Origin: Candidatus Shapirobacteria bacterium CG03_land_8_20_14_0_80_40_19
GTDB lineage: Bacteria > Patescibacteriota > Microgenomatia > UM-FILTER-40-11
Assembly (NCBI GenBank): GCA_002780305.1
Contig: PEVD01000019.1
Location: forward strand, 1-53,874
Direction of reading: 5' to 3'
Length of the DNA stretch: 53,874 nt
The position numbers and the translations under genes are program-made. Below are positions 27,372-36,753 of this stretch, piece by piece. Numbering within the stretch: the first letter of the stretch is position 1; the number at the start of each line of letters is the position of its first letter. Below the pieces are notes generated by a model that saw only the letters and a list, made by a program, of their open reading frames with translations, was not told the DNA's origin and ran no database searches.

Positions 27372-28193
27372 TTACCACCTCAACACATCTTTTTTATGAA
27401 GGTTTATTCCCGTTTTAATCATCGAAGTGATAAATGTAATAAGCATGATTAGGCAAAGAATGGCGATAGCAATGTCATATTGAGAAAACATCTGTCCCAA
27501 AACGGGAAAAGTGAAAGTCTTTGAAAAGTACATATATACGGCCAGCAAACTGATAATAATTCGAAATTCGGTTGGGCCAAGCAATCCAAAAGAAAGTTTA
27601 AAGGTGTTTTCTATAGATTTTAAGATCAGCACGTGAGTTTCTAGCGCTAAATATAGAGCCACCGTAATGAGGGCTAAATCTATGCGTAAATAACTGGAAT
27701 AGCCAAACCCAATACCGGCGACAATAACCGAGAGGGAATCTACGGTGTGGTCAATGTAATATCCATAATTTGGGCGTGTCTTTTTTCTGAATCTTGCGAG
27801 GCTGCCATCAAAGGAATCACCAAACCAATTTATAAAAAGACCGATTATAACCAGAGCCAGATACAGTTTTTCGGTTGAGCCAAGAATAAACCCTGCAGCG
27901 CAAATAAGAATACCTATAAAGCCAATTACCGTAAGATGGTCTGAGTTTATGTATGAAGGAATTCTCGGGCAAATGTATTCTTTTGCCTTTTCTTCGATTC
28001 TGGCGGTTATACCGGTGTTAATAGATTCGTGTTCGTCTCTTTTGTATTTTACTGCTTCGATCTGCAGATTTTCCAGCACGTTCTCTTTTACCCATTTCTT
28101 TATTACCGGTACTATTTGTTCGGAAAAAATCTCTTCAACTTCGTCTTCAAAGAAAAGCTCAAACATCCTATTTTTATTGCCATTAACGGTCAT
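27372..28193 (-). CDS. CDP-alcohol phosphatidyltransferase family protein
   Basis: DSFDGSLAR......YG..IDHTVD signature, multi-TM. Confidence 0.9.
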   Translation of the reverse strand: MTVNGNKNRMFELFFEDEVEEIFSEQIVPVIKKWVKENVLENLQIEAVKYKRDEHESINTGITARIEEKAKEYICPRIPSYINSDHLTVIGFIGILICAAGFILGSTEKLYLALVIIGLFINWFGDSFDGSLARFRKKTRPNYGYYIDHTVDSLSVIVAGIGFGYSSYLRIDLALITVALYLALETHVLILKSIENTFKLSFGLLGPTEFRIIISLLAVYMYFSKTFTFPVLGQMFSQYDIAIAILCLIMLITFITSMIKTGINLHKKDVLRW

Positions 28194-28262
28194 ATTCTCT
28201 AATTATACAGAAACGTAGACTATAAAACGAGCATGGTTTTACACCCTTTCTACCGGATAGCT

Positions 28263-28688
28263 TCATCTTTCTAGTTTGACGCATTTTTCTTCAAAAATTA
28301 TTTTTTTAAATTTGTTGAAAAACCCATCTCTTCCTAACAGGGGAACCGAGATTTCGTAAGAAAAATCGATTTGCGTATCAAAACTTATAGTTTGAAGAAG
28401 ACATTTAACATTATGCGTATAAGCGTTAACGACGATTGTCCCAATTCCTCTAGTTGATTGAATCTGCCCCTTTTTAACTTTAATATTTAATCTTTCCGCA
28501 AAAAAAGCCGGAAACAAATTTCTCTCCGATCCGGAATCTATGAGGGCGTTAATCGGATTGGGGAATATTTGGTGGCAATAACTTATTCTTACGGGGATAA
28601 AAGGATAAAAAATTTGTTTGGTTATTTTTCCTGATTTAGGATCTTGTTTTGGGTGAAAAAGATATGGGTAGACGATGATAGACATCAA
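28263..28688 (-). CDS. Retropepsin-like aspartyl protease
   Basis: ALIDSGS catalytic motif, RGIG flap, LLGRDGFF. Confidence 0.8.
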   Translation of the reverse strand: MMSIIVYPYLFHPKQDPKSGKITKQIFYPFIPVRISYCHQIFPNPINALIDSGSERNLFPAFFAERLNIKVKKGQIQSTRGIGTIVVNAYTHNVKCLLQTISFDTQIDFSYEISVPLLGRDGFFNKFKKIIFEEKCVKLER

Positions 28689-28894
28689 GGTGCAAAAACC
28701 TGATCAAAAGGCAGTACTTTAGTATAAATCGAATTTTTATCGTTAGCCTTTGCTAATTTCTTTTCAAGCTGTTCAAGCGTTTTAGCAGAAGCATTAACTT
28801 TTTTTCCGTCTACACTTAACGCCACCCATTTGTTTTCGTATGGGGTGAGAATATTTGAAATATCTTTGGGTTTCGGAAAGCTTTTTTGTTTCAT
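28685..28894 (-). CDS. Small DUF5678-like protein coupled to the protease
   Basis: YENKWVAL..DG.KV.ASAKTL pattern; stop overlaps the protease ATG. Confidence 0.7.
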   Translation of the reverse strand: MKQKSFPKPKDISNILTPYENKWVALSVDGKKVNASAKTLEQLEKKLAKANDKNSIYTKVLPFDQVFAP

Positions 28895-28926
28895 AAGGGT
28901 ATTATACACTTTGGTTTAATAAAACT

Positions 28927-29442
28927 TCAATAATAATAAAGAGCTTGCTTGAGCACTTTGATTGTTTCCGGTGTTAAGGGAGAACCTGCCGGTTTATTGA
29001 TTTCTTCTCCCACGATTTGGCAAATTCTTTGCATCGTTTCGGTGAAATTAATTTCGTTAGGTAAATTCTTGGGTATTTCAACAGACGAAAATTGTGACAA
29101 TAAAGAATAAGACTCTTTTTTACCAGGTACTCTCTCTTTTCCACGATATTGATAAGAAAAGGTGATTATGCTTTCCTTGTCAGGTGCTTTTTTATCGGCA
29201 AAGATTGCTGATTCGGTTGGCGCCTCTAGAAAGAAATGAGCCATAAGGGGGAAGAAGTATCCAGCGTCTTCTTTAATATATTTTCTTGCACGAAGTTCTA
29301 TCCAACATCCCCTGCCTAAGCCTTTCCACACGGTTAATCGGTCGCCCCGACTTTCTTTCTGCCAATTTCCCTTTCTTTTTAACATTAAAATAATTTCCTC
29401 TACCGCTTGCCAAGGATCATTTGGATTTACTCTTTCCGTCAT
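28927..29442 (-). CDS. Hypothetical protein (171 aa)
   Basis: Long ORF, AGGA upstream; no motif. Confidence 0.65.
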   Translation of the reverse strand: MTERVNPNDPWQAVEEIILMLKRKGNWQKESRGDRLTVWKGLGRGCWIELRARKYIKEDAGYFFPLMAHFFLEAPTESAIFADKKAPDKESIITFSYQYRGKERVPGKKESYSLLSQFSSVEIPKNLPNEINFTETMQRICQIVGEEINKPAGSPLTPETIKVLKQALYYY

Positions 29443-29537
29443 TTATTCCTGATAATACATTAATGTTTTGTCTTGTCAATTCCGTATCTAAAGGGATAGT
29501 GAGAACGCAAAGCTGCTATAATCTATATAATAAAAAA

Positions 29538-30044
29538 ATGGACACATTGATTGTTCCCGGATTTTCATTAAAAAATAAAGATTGGGCAGAGGAGGTTCAA
29601 AGAAATCTAATGCCAATTAATTCAAGGATTCATTATTGGTCTCATTGGGAAACCGGACAGGCAGAGGACAGTTGGGTTGGTAAAGAAACAAAAGAGATAA
29701 TTAGTCACGAGAATCTAATCATTAACATAATTGCCAAATCAATAGGAACCCTGGTGGCAATGAAAATTTTAAAATTGAAGCTGAAACTAATAAACAGAAT
29801 TATTTTATGTGGTATCCCGCTGAATGATTTTCACCCGGGGGATAAGGAATTTTATGAAGCATTAAAATTATTAGACGAGAAAAATATATTATGCATTCAA
29901 AACGAAAATGACAACCACGGGACTTTTTTCGATGTGGAAAAATTTGTCCACGCGATTAATCCTAATATTAAAATTATTTCCAAACCCCGTTCCGATCACG
30001 AGTACCCTTATTTTGAAGATTTCGCTGTGTTCTTGAAAAATTAA
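29538..30044 (+). CDS. Small alpha/beta hydrolase
   Basis: IVPGFS oxyanion loop, IAKSIG nucleophile elbow, D...SDHEY; start at MDTLIV. Confidence 0.78.
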   Translation: MDTLIVPGFSLKNKDWAEEVQRNLMPINSRIHYWSHWETGQAEDSWVGKETKEIISHENLIINIIAKSIGTLVAMKILKLKLKLINRIILCGIPLNDFHPGDKEFYEALKLLDEKNILCIQNENDNHGTFFDVEKFVHAINPNIKIISKPRSDHEYPYFEDFAVFLKN

Positions 30045-30592
30045 AGTGAAGCAATATATTTTGCCATTTTTTCGTAATATCTGGCCCAAATGGGAATCCT
30101 TTCTTCATATGGATACTCGGCAAAAGTTCTCGTTTCCCCTTTGAATTTTAGGAATTTATCCCAAGGTTGAATAAAGACTTGATCTCCGATTAAACTTTCG
30201 TTAACTTCAATCTCGTATCTTTCAACAAAAGTAACTGGTTCCTTGCCTGGTTCCCCAAAAGAAATAGCGCATTCAAAATACCCGCTTCTGTCTTTGAAAG
30301 GTTTTAGAATTTCCAGTAATTTTTCCGGTGGAACTGTTTTTTCCAAGTATGTAGTAAAAGGTCCCGGAAAACCTAAGGCGTTAATATATAGGGAAGCATC
30401 TTCTCTGACAATAGGTATTTTTAACTCGTTTGAAGCTTGAATTACGGTATACTCGGCAACTTCCTTACTGGTGGCCGCTTGAATTTCGGGATAATCCTTA
30501 TCTATAAATTCATACTCTATCCCGTATTTCGGAAAAACAAAATCAACAATTTTTATTTTACCTTTATTTCTGGTGATTACTCCGACTTTCAT
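30041..30592 (-). CDS. Non-canonical purine NTP pyrophosphatase (Ham1/RdgB family)
   Basis: TRNKGK, PEIQA, REDASLYINALGFPGP, WD..L..GETRTFAE. Confidence 0.82.
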   Translation of the reverse strand: MKVGVITRNKGKIKIVDFVFPKYGIEYEFIDKDYPEIQAATSKEVAEYTVIQASNELKIPIVREDASLYINALGFPGPFTTYLEKTVPPEKLLEILKPFKDRSGYFECAISFGEPGKEPVTFVERYEIEVNESLIGDQVFIQPWDKFLKFKGETRTFAEYPYEERIPIWARYYEKMAKYIASL

Positions 30593-30680
30593 AAGTAAAA
30601 TTATAACCCAAAATCTATTAAAATTGGGGCGTAAGTCTCAGTATATGGTTTCTATATAATTTTCTTGATAAAATGCAGAA

Positions 30681-31199
30681 ATGGTAAATGAAACAAATTG
30701 GCAAGAAGTAAGGAACCAGTTTGAGAAAGAGATAGTGGATAAATTGAAGGGATTGCCAGGACACGGAGAGGTTTCTAAAAATCTTTTTGAATTTAGGTCA
30801 ATGATTTCTCATGAGATGCCAGAAACTGCACCCAAAGAATTGTTTCAAAAGCTGATTAAAATCTTGTTGCTCGGGAAGAAAGTTGATTTAGAAAGCGTAA
30901 AGAAAAAATATCTATCCTCAGAACTAAGGGAAGAGGAGCAGCTTATTAAAAGGCATTCAGTTAAGTTTAGTGAATTACAAAAATCAGCCGCAAATTGGGT
31001 GCAGTCTAATTTGTCTGAAGAAGAGTTACAAATGCAGTGGAAAAATCACGAGACATGGCTTCCAAGAAGACATACGATTTACAAAAATCCAGATTTGCCA
31101 TTTCAAAAAATAGCCAGAGATACTTTAGCTAGGTTTTGTTTAATTAAGGAGGTGTCAAGTAAACTTTCTGTTGGGATAGTGGGAACGCAAAGCCGTTAG
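30681..31199 (+). CDS. Hypothetical protein (172 aa)
   Basis: Long ORF with TGATAAAAT 6 nt before ATG. Confidence 0.7.
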   Translation: MVNETNWQEVRNQFEKEIVDKLKGLPGHGEVSKNLFEFRSMISHEMPETAPKELFQKLIKILLLGKKVDLESVKKKYLSSELREEEQLIKRHSVKFSELQKSAANWVQSNLSEEELQMQWKNHETWLPRRHTIYKNPDLPFQKIARDTLARFCLIKEVSSKLSVGIVGTQSR

Positions 31200-31329
31200 G
31201 CCTTGAGTTTATCGAAAGGCTACCTTTTGAACTTACATTGTTAAACCAATTATGATATAACATTTTTAAGAAGAAGCTAAGAAACCCCACACCAACTCAC
31301 TATTTTTTTGGAATATAATCAGGATAGAA

Positions 31330-31752
31330 ATGGAAAAGAAACCAAAACCAATCTTTGTTACCAAAAACTTTAATCTTGCTTCGTGGAAAAATAAAAAGGT
31401 AAATATATACCTGAATGCTAAAGGTGAGATTTTTTGCGAGAGCTTCAATATAAAAGATTACAGTAGAGACAGGAGATATAGACGCATGTATTGGTTCACG
31501 AAAGGTTATTTAGACAAGAAAAGAAAGAAGTATGATATTAATAATATTTTTTACATGACAATAGGGGATTTGCGGTGGATTATGTGGAAGAAAGATGTAA
31601 AATTTATCTCGCGAGATAGAATTGAGGAAATTGTTCATTGGGAAAACCAAATTGGTCATATCAAAGATGACATTATTGAAAGAGTTAAAAAATACATCGA
31701 AAACCAAATATATAAGGAAAGGATAGGAGAAGGTAAGAAACTTAATAGTTAG
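31330..31752 (+). CDS. Hypothetical basic protein (140 aa)
   Basis: AT-rich ORF, AGGA upstream. Confidence 0.6.
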   Translation: MEKKPKPIFVTKNFNLASWKNKKVNIYLNAKGEIFCESFNIKDYSRDRRYRRMYWFTKGYLDKKRKKYDINNIFYMTIGDLRWIMWKKDVKFISRDRIEEIVHWENQIGHIKDDIIERVKKYIENQIYKERIGEGKKLNS

Positions 31753-31851
31753 TAGTTTTTTAGTAGTTTTATGGGTTCAGATTTTCAAGGTGTAAATACT
31801 TCACACCTCCGGTATTTTATCAGTAAATAATTTTTCTGTTATAATTTAGCC

Positions 31852-32931
31852 ATGAGTTTGAGTATAGGGATAGTCGGGCTTCCTAACGCTGGTAAATCAA
31901 CGCTTTTTAATGCCTTGCTTTCAAGGCAAATTGCCAATTGCGCGCCGTATCCGTTTTGTACCATCGAACCTAATGTTGGGGTGGTGGAAGTGCCGGACTT
32001 AAGATTAAAAGTTTTGGCAGAGATTGTACATACGGAGAAAATTGTTCCCGCCATTGTTGAGTTTAAAGACATTGCCGGTTTGGTGGCGGGCGCTTCGAAA
32101 GGTGAAGGGTTGGGCAATAAATTTTTGTCGCATATCCGCGAGTCGGCCGCAATTGTTCATGTTTTGCGGGCATTTTCAGACGAGAAAGTCATCAGGGAAG
32201 AAGAGATAAACCCCAGATCGGATTTTGAGATTATTAAAACCGAGCTTTGTTTAGCCGATCTGCAAACCCTGGAAAAACAAAGAGAACCTAATCCTTCCGT
32301 CGCAACCAAGGAAGATAGGGCCCGGTGGGAGCTGGTTTTAAAATTAAGAAGAGCCCTGGAGGAGGGGGTTGAAATAAGAAAAGTTGATTTAAGCGGAGAA
32401 GAAAAACTGTTGGCAAAACCGTTTTTTCTCCTGACCGCCAAACCGGCGATATTTGTTTTAAACGTTGAGGAAAATCAGGCGGGAAGGACGGGTGGGGAGA
32501 TGGCCAATTTTTGGAATTTAAGTGATATGGGGGAAATAATTCCTATTTGTGCTAAGGTAGAAATGGAACTTTCGGATTTATCGGGGCAGGAGAGGATAGA
32601 TTACCAAGGCGAACTTGGTTTACGGGAAAGCGGGTTGGAAAAACTAATAAATAAAGGATATGAAGTTTTAGGGTTGCAGACCTTTCTGACTGCCGGAGAA
32701 AAAGAAGTGCGGGCTTGGACGATTAATAAAGGAGACACGGCGCCAAAGGCCGCCGGAGTAATTCATACCGACTTTGAGAAAGGTTTCATTAAGGCCCAGG
32801 TTTGCTCATACGAAAATTTTGTTTTATATAAGGGATGGAGGGGAGCGGCGGAAGCGGGGAAAGTGAAACTTGAGGGAAAAGAATATCAAATGAGGGAAGG
32901 GGATGTGGTCGAATTTAAGTTTAATATTTGA
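31852..32931 (+). CDS. ychF: Ribosome-binding ATPase YchF
   Basis: GLPNAGKSTLFNAL, YPFCTIEPN, DIAGLV, GLGNKFL, AAGVIHTDFEKGFI. Confidence 0.97.
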   Translation: MSLSIGIVGLPNAGKSTLFNALLSRQIANCAPYPFCTIEPNVGVVEVPDLRLKVLAEIVHTEKIVPAIVEFKDIAGLVAGASKGEGLGNKFLSHIRESAAIVHVLRAFSDEKVIREEEINPRSDFEIIKTELCLADLQTLEKQREPNPSVATKEDRARWELVLKLRRALEEGVEIRKVDLSGEEKLLAKPFFLLTAKPAIFVLNVEENQAGRTGGEMANFWNLSDMGEIIPICAKVEMELSDLSGQERIDYQGELGLRESGLEKLINKGYEVLGLQTFLTAGEKEVRAWTINKGDTAPKAAGVIHTDFEKGFIKAQVCSYENFVLYKGWRGAAEAGKVKLEGKEYQMREGDVVEFKFNI

Positions 32932-32956
32932 CAAGCTTGCGGTCTTATCGGATAAT
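32928..32956 (+). promoter_or_regulatory. Putative sigma-70 promoter of rpsF-ssb-rpsR
   Basis: TTGACA-17 nt-GATAAT, 8 nt before ATG. Confidence 0.55.
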
Positions 32957-32964
32957 ATAAAACG

Positions 32965-33270
32965 ATGAAGAGAAATTATGAACTGGTGGTAATCCTAAAC
33001 TCGGAAATTAAAGCCGAAGAGCAAGAGGAAACAGTTTCCCGGATTAAAAAAATTATCTCATCTGTTAAAGGTGAACTGATCTCAGCCAAGGATTGGGGGA
33101 AAAAGGAATTTACTTACCCGATTAACAAAAAGCCGTCGGGTGTTTACTTTTTGTTTGAATACGAAGCCGAACCCCAAACGGTGACTTTGGTAAAACAAAG
33201 ACTCCAACTTGAAGAAAAAGTTGTCCGTTATTTATTAACTGTAGTTGAAAGGAGGCCCGTCAAATCTTAG
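32965..33270 (+). CDS. rpsF: 30S ribosomal protein S6
   Basis: MKRNYELVVIL, WGKKEFTYPINK..GVY; rpsF-ssb-rpsR order. Confidence 0.95.
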   Translation: MKRNYELVVILNSEIKAEEQEETVSRIKKIISSVKGELISAKDWGKKEFTYPINKKPSGVYFLFEYEAEPQTVTLVKQRLQLEEKVVRYLLTVVERRPVKS

Positions 33271-33323
33271 CACTCGCCTTTGGGAGCTATTCGTTCACGG
33301 CTCGTGCTGCGATTTATGCCGGG
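33256..33323. mobile_element. 68-bp hairpin element at the rpsF/ssb junction
   Basis: CCCG/CGGG, AAATC/GATTT and AGCAC/GTGCT stems; removing it gives AGG AGG TAA. Confidence 0.7.
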
Positions 33324-33332
33324 TAAAATAAA

Positions 33333-33890
33333 ATGTCGTCAAGGTCGCTTAATCAGGTTCAACTTATTGGAAATTTAACCCGGGATCCGGATTTGCGGTA
33401 TACCCCCCAAGGGGCGGCGGTCTGTACTTTTGGATTGGCGACTAACCGTTCTTGGACCACCGATTCCGGTGAAAAAAGAGAAGATGCTGAATTTCACCGC
33501 ATTGTTGCTTGGAACAAATTGGCGGAACTTTGCTCACAATTGCTTTTTAAAGGCAGGAAAGTTTATGTTGAAGGGAGATTGCAGACTCGGAACTGGACTG
33601 GCCAGGACGGTGGACAAAGGCAGGTAACGGAAGTGGTCATTGAAGAGATGATTATTCTTGACAGCCGCCAGGCGGCAGTCGAAGTATCCAGCGGGCCGGT
33701 TCCGGCTCCGGTTGCGAAAGAGGAAGTTGTTTCACCGGAAGTTGAGATTGAACTTCCCGTTGAAGAACCGGCCGTTCCGGTTGAAGAAAAGTCGGTCGAA
33801 AAGCCGGCCAAGAAAAAAAAGGAACAACCGGCGGAGAAGCCAGAACCGGAAGATGTTCCGGCGGTTGATAGCAGCGATATTCCTTTTTAA
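33333..33890 (+). CDS. ssb: Single-stranded DNA-binding protein
   Basis: LIGNLTRDPDLRYTP, VEGRLQTR, C-terminal DIPF. Confidence 0.97.
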   Translation: MSSRSLNQVQLIGNLTRDPDLRYTPQGAAVCTFGLATNRSWTTDSGEKREDAEFHRIVAWNKLAELCSQLLFKGRKVYVEGRLQTRNWTGQDGGQRQVTEVVIEEMIILDSRQAAVEVSSGPVPAPVAKEEVVSPEVEIELPVEEPAVPVEEKSVEKPAKKKKEQPAEKPEPEDVPAVDSSDIPF

Positions 33891-33893
33891 AAA

Positions 33894-34142
33894 ATGTTAA
33901 AAAAAAGAAAAAAAAGACTTATAAGAAGGCCGAAAACACCGGAGAGGTGTTATTTTTGCGAGACGAAATCGGCCTTGGATTATAAACAGCCGGAAATTCT
34001 GCGCAAATTTATTACCGAGCGGGGCAAGATTTCCAGCCGTGAGTATTCCGGAATTTGTTCGAAGCATCAGCGTAGATTGACCAAAGAAATTAAAAAGGCC
34101 AGATTTTTATCACTTCTTCCTTTTGTCAACCAAATAAGCTAA
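33894..34142 (+). CDS. rpsR: 30S ribosomal protein S18 (Zn-binding type)
   Basis: CYFC, DYK..L.KFITERGKI, C.KHQR, ARFLSLLPF. Confidence 0.95.
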   Translation: MLKKRKKRLIRRPKTPERCYFCETKSALDYKQPEILRKFITERGKISSREYSGICSKHQRRLTKEIKKARFLSLLPFVNQIS

Positions 34143-34165
34143 GATTAAAAGGTCTTGTTGCTTGT

Positions 34166-35458
34166 ATGAAAATCATACTTAAACAAATAAGGAAAACGGT
34201 TGTTTTTCTTTTTTTTATAGTTCTTTCAGGAGGAGTTGGTTATTCTTTGGGCCAAAAAAAGATCTCCTTTTCCCTAAATCAAAGCCGCAATTTTCCCCAA
34301 GTCACGATCGAAAGAGTTTTGCCGACGGATAAACAAGGAAAAGTTGATTTTTCTTTATTTTGGCAGGTTTGGGATAAGCTGGAAGAAAAACATTTAAACC
34401 GCAAGGATTTTAACTATGAAAAAATGGTTTACGGGGCAATTTCCGGATTAACTTCTTCATTGGACGACCCTTATACGTTTTTTTTACCCCCGGTGGAAAA
34501 CAAAGAGACAAAAGATGACCTGAGGGGTGATTTTGAGGGTGTGGGGATTCAGATTGGCTATAATAAAGATAAACAACTGGCGGTGATTGCCCCTCTTTCC
34601 GGAACTCCCGCTGAATCGGCGGGCCTTAAACCAGGCGATGTAATTACCAAAATTATTGATCAGTCTAACAATGTTGACAAAGAAACCTTTGATATCACAC
34701 TTCCGGAAGCGGTTCGGTTAATCAGAGGAAAAAAAGGATCAGAAGTAACCTTGTCGATTTTCCGTGAGGGGAAAGACAAAGTTTTTGACGTGACCTTGAA
34801 AAGAGACACGATTGTAGTAAAAAGTGTCGAGGTCAGTTTTGTGGAGAACATAAATAAAAGGGTGGCGGTTTTAAAACTTTCAAGATTTGGGGAGAGGACC
34901 GATGAAGAATGGGAGCAGGCGGTGGCAGAGATCAAAGATCAAAGATCAAACCTGCCTGCCGGCAAGGCAGGGATCAAAAACTATGGAGGAATTGTTTTGG
35001 ATCTGAGAAATAATCCGGGCGGTTTTTTACAGGGATCGGTTTTTATCTGCAGCGAATTTCTTGGTTCAGGGGTAATTGTTCAACAGGACAGCGGTGTTAA
35101 CGGGAAAGAGATTTATCAGGTTGACCGGAGGGGTTCTTTACTGACCGATCCGCTGGTGGTTTTGATAAACGGTGGATCAGCCTCTGCCTCAGAAATAGTT
35201 GCCGGGGCTTTACAAGATGCCAAAAGAGCAAAAATTGTCGGGGAAAAATCTTTCGGCAAGGGAACGGTCCAGGAAGCGGAAGATTTGACCAATGGAGCGG
35301 GGTTGCATATCACTGTTTCCCGCTGGCTGCTACCGTCAGGCCGATCGATTGATAAGGAGGGAATTACTCCCGACATAGAAATAAAAGTTCCGGAAGAAGA
35401 AACGGACGATACTAAAGATTTGCAACTGGAGAAAGCGATTGAAATTTTGACAAAATAA
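34166..35458 (+). CDS. ctpA: S41 carboxyl-terminal processing protease
   Basis: LDDPYT, GVGIQI PDZ, DLRNNPGG, SASASEIVAGALQD, FGKGTVQ. Confidence 0.93.
   Translation: MKIILKQIRKTVVFLFFIVLSGGVGYSLGQKKISFSLNQSRNFPQVTIERVLPTDKQGKVDFSLFWQVWDKLEEKHLNRKDFNYEKMVYGAISGLTSSLDDPYTFFLPPVENKETKDDLRGDFEGVGIQIGYNKDKQLAVIAPLSGTPAESAGLKPGDVITKIIDQSNNVDKETFDITLPEAVRLIRGKKGSEVTLSIFREGKDKVFDVTLKRDTIVVKSVEVSFVENINKRVAVLKLSRFGERTDEEWEQAVAEIKDQRSNLPAGKAGIKNYGGIVLDLRNNPGGFLQGSVFICSEFLGSGVIVQQDSGVNGKEIYQVDRRGSLLTDPLVVLINGGSASASEIVAGALQDAKRAKIVGEKSFGKGTVQEAEDLTNGAGLHITVSRWLLPSGRSIDKEGITPDIEIKVPEEETDDTKDLQLEKAIEILTK
34929..34987. repeat. In-frame AAGATCA tract with nested 21-bp hairpin (34951-34971)
   Basis: AGATCA AAGATCA AAGATCA AA[CCTGCCTGCCGGCAAGGCAGG]GATCA AAAACTATGGA. 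Confidence 0.85.
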
Positions 35459-35539
35459 AAAAGCGATTGTTCCGTTCCGAAGCTTGAAAAGCTAAGGAGG
35501 GTTAAGCTTTTTCTCAGAATATTTGACAAAAATATTTAT

Positions 35540-36715
35540 ATGAAAACTTTGAAAAAAATTATTTTTGGTTTTTTAGTTGTCACTTTGGTTTTATGGGGAA
35601 CTGTCGGAGTTTTAGCCCGTAAAAGTTGGCCCAAAATAAGGTCTTTGGTGAATGATTTAAGGTCTTCCTCCAGTGGTCTTTCCGACGATTCAGTTGTTCA
35701 GCGAAAAATTTTAAATGAAGAGTCGGTGGTTATTGAAGTGGTGGAAAAATACGGGCCTTCGGTGGTGACGATCGGTATAAAGAAAACCGAAAAAGTTTAT
35801 GATCCTTTTGAAAATTTTTATGATCCTTTCGGATTTTTTAATATTCCGAGGGACACTCTTCCCAAAGAGCAAAAGATTGAGCAGGATATCGGGTCCGGTT
35901 TTGTTGTTTCTAAAGATGGGTTGATTGTCACCAATAAACACGTCGTTTCCGATACCTCCGCTCAGTACCGGGTGTTCACTAAGGAGAATAAACTGTACGA
36001 AGTTGAGAAAATTTACCGCGACCCGACCATCGATCTGGCAATTTTAAAGATTAATGCTCCGGATGAGGAACTCAAATCGATTGAACTGGGGGATTCCGAT
36101 CAACTAAGAGTTGGCCAGTTTGTGATTGCTATCGGAGCGGCTTTGGGGGAATTCCGCAATACCGTGACCACCGGGGTTGTTTCCGGTCTTGGTCGGACGA
36201 TAACCGCGGGTAGCCCTTTTGAGGGGACCGAAAATCTTGACAATGTAATTCAAACTGATGCGGCGATCAACCCGGGCAATTCAGGCGGCCCGCTTTTAAA
36301 TTCTTTGGGACAAGTAATCGGTGTCAATGTCGCGGTTGCCTCCGGGGCGCAAAATATCGGTTTTGCCCTGCCGATTAATTTAGCTAAGCAAATGCTGGAA
36401 AACTTTAACAAGACCGGCCAGTTTTCCCGGCCCTTTTTGGGAATCAGATACCGCGATATTGATAAAAAAGAGGCGATCGCCAAAGGTTGGGTGGAGGGAG
36501 CGGGCGTAATAGAAGTAATTGAAAACTCGCCGGCTGAAAAGGCAGGGGTAAAACCGGGAGACATCATTACCAAAATTGACAGTGAGAAAATCGGCGTTGA
36601 TAATACTTTAACGAAAGTCGTTTCCGCCAAAAAAGTCGGCCAGGAAATTAAACTGACTGTTTGGCGGGAAGACAAAGAAGAAACAATTACCGTTTCTTTA
36701 GAGGAAGCGAAGTAA
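35540..36715 (+). CDS. htrA: HtrA/DegP-like serine protease with PDZ
   Basis: GSGFVV, TNKHVV, DLAILK, QTDAAINPGNSGGPL. Confidence 0.93.
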   Translation: MKTLKKIIFGFLVVTLVLWGTVGVLARKSWPKIRSLVNDLRSSSSGLSDDSVVQRKILNEESVVIEVVEKYGPSVVTIGIKKTEKVYDPFENFYDPFGFFNIPRDTLPKEQKIEQDIGSGFVVSKDGLIVTNKHVVSDTSAQYRVFTKENKLYEVEKIYRDPTIDLAILKINAPDEELKSIELGDSDQLRVGQFVIAIGAALGEFRNTVTTGVVSGLGRTITAGSPFEGTENLDNVIQTDAAINPGNSGGPLLNSLGQVIGVNVAVASGAQNIGFALPINLAKQMLENFNKTGQFSRPFLGIRYRDIDKKEAIAKGWVEGAGVIEVIENSPAEKAGVKPGDIITKIDSEKIGVDNTLTKVVSAKKVGQEIKLTVWREDKEETITVSLEEAK

Positions 36716-36753
36716 ATCAATATAACAATGCGGCCGAATTGTAGTTATGTTAA

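Noticed and set aside
33256..33323. S6:S18 autoregulatory leader RNA
   Set aside because: That element lies upstream of rpsF; this hairpin is downstream and excises cleanly like an insertion.
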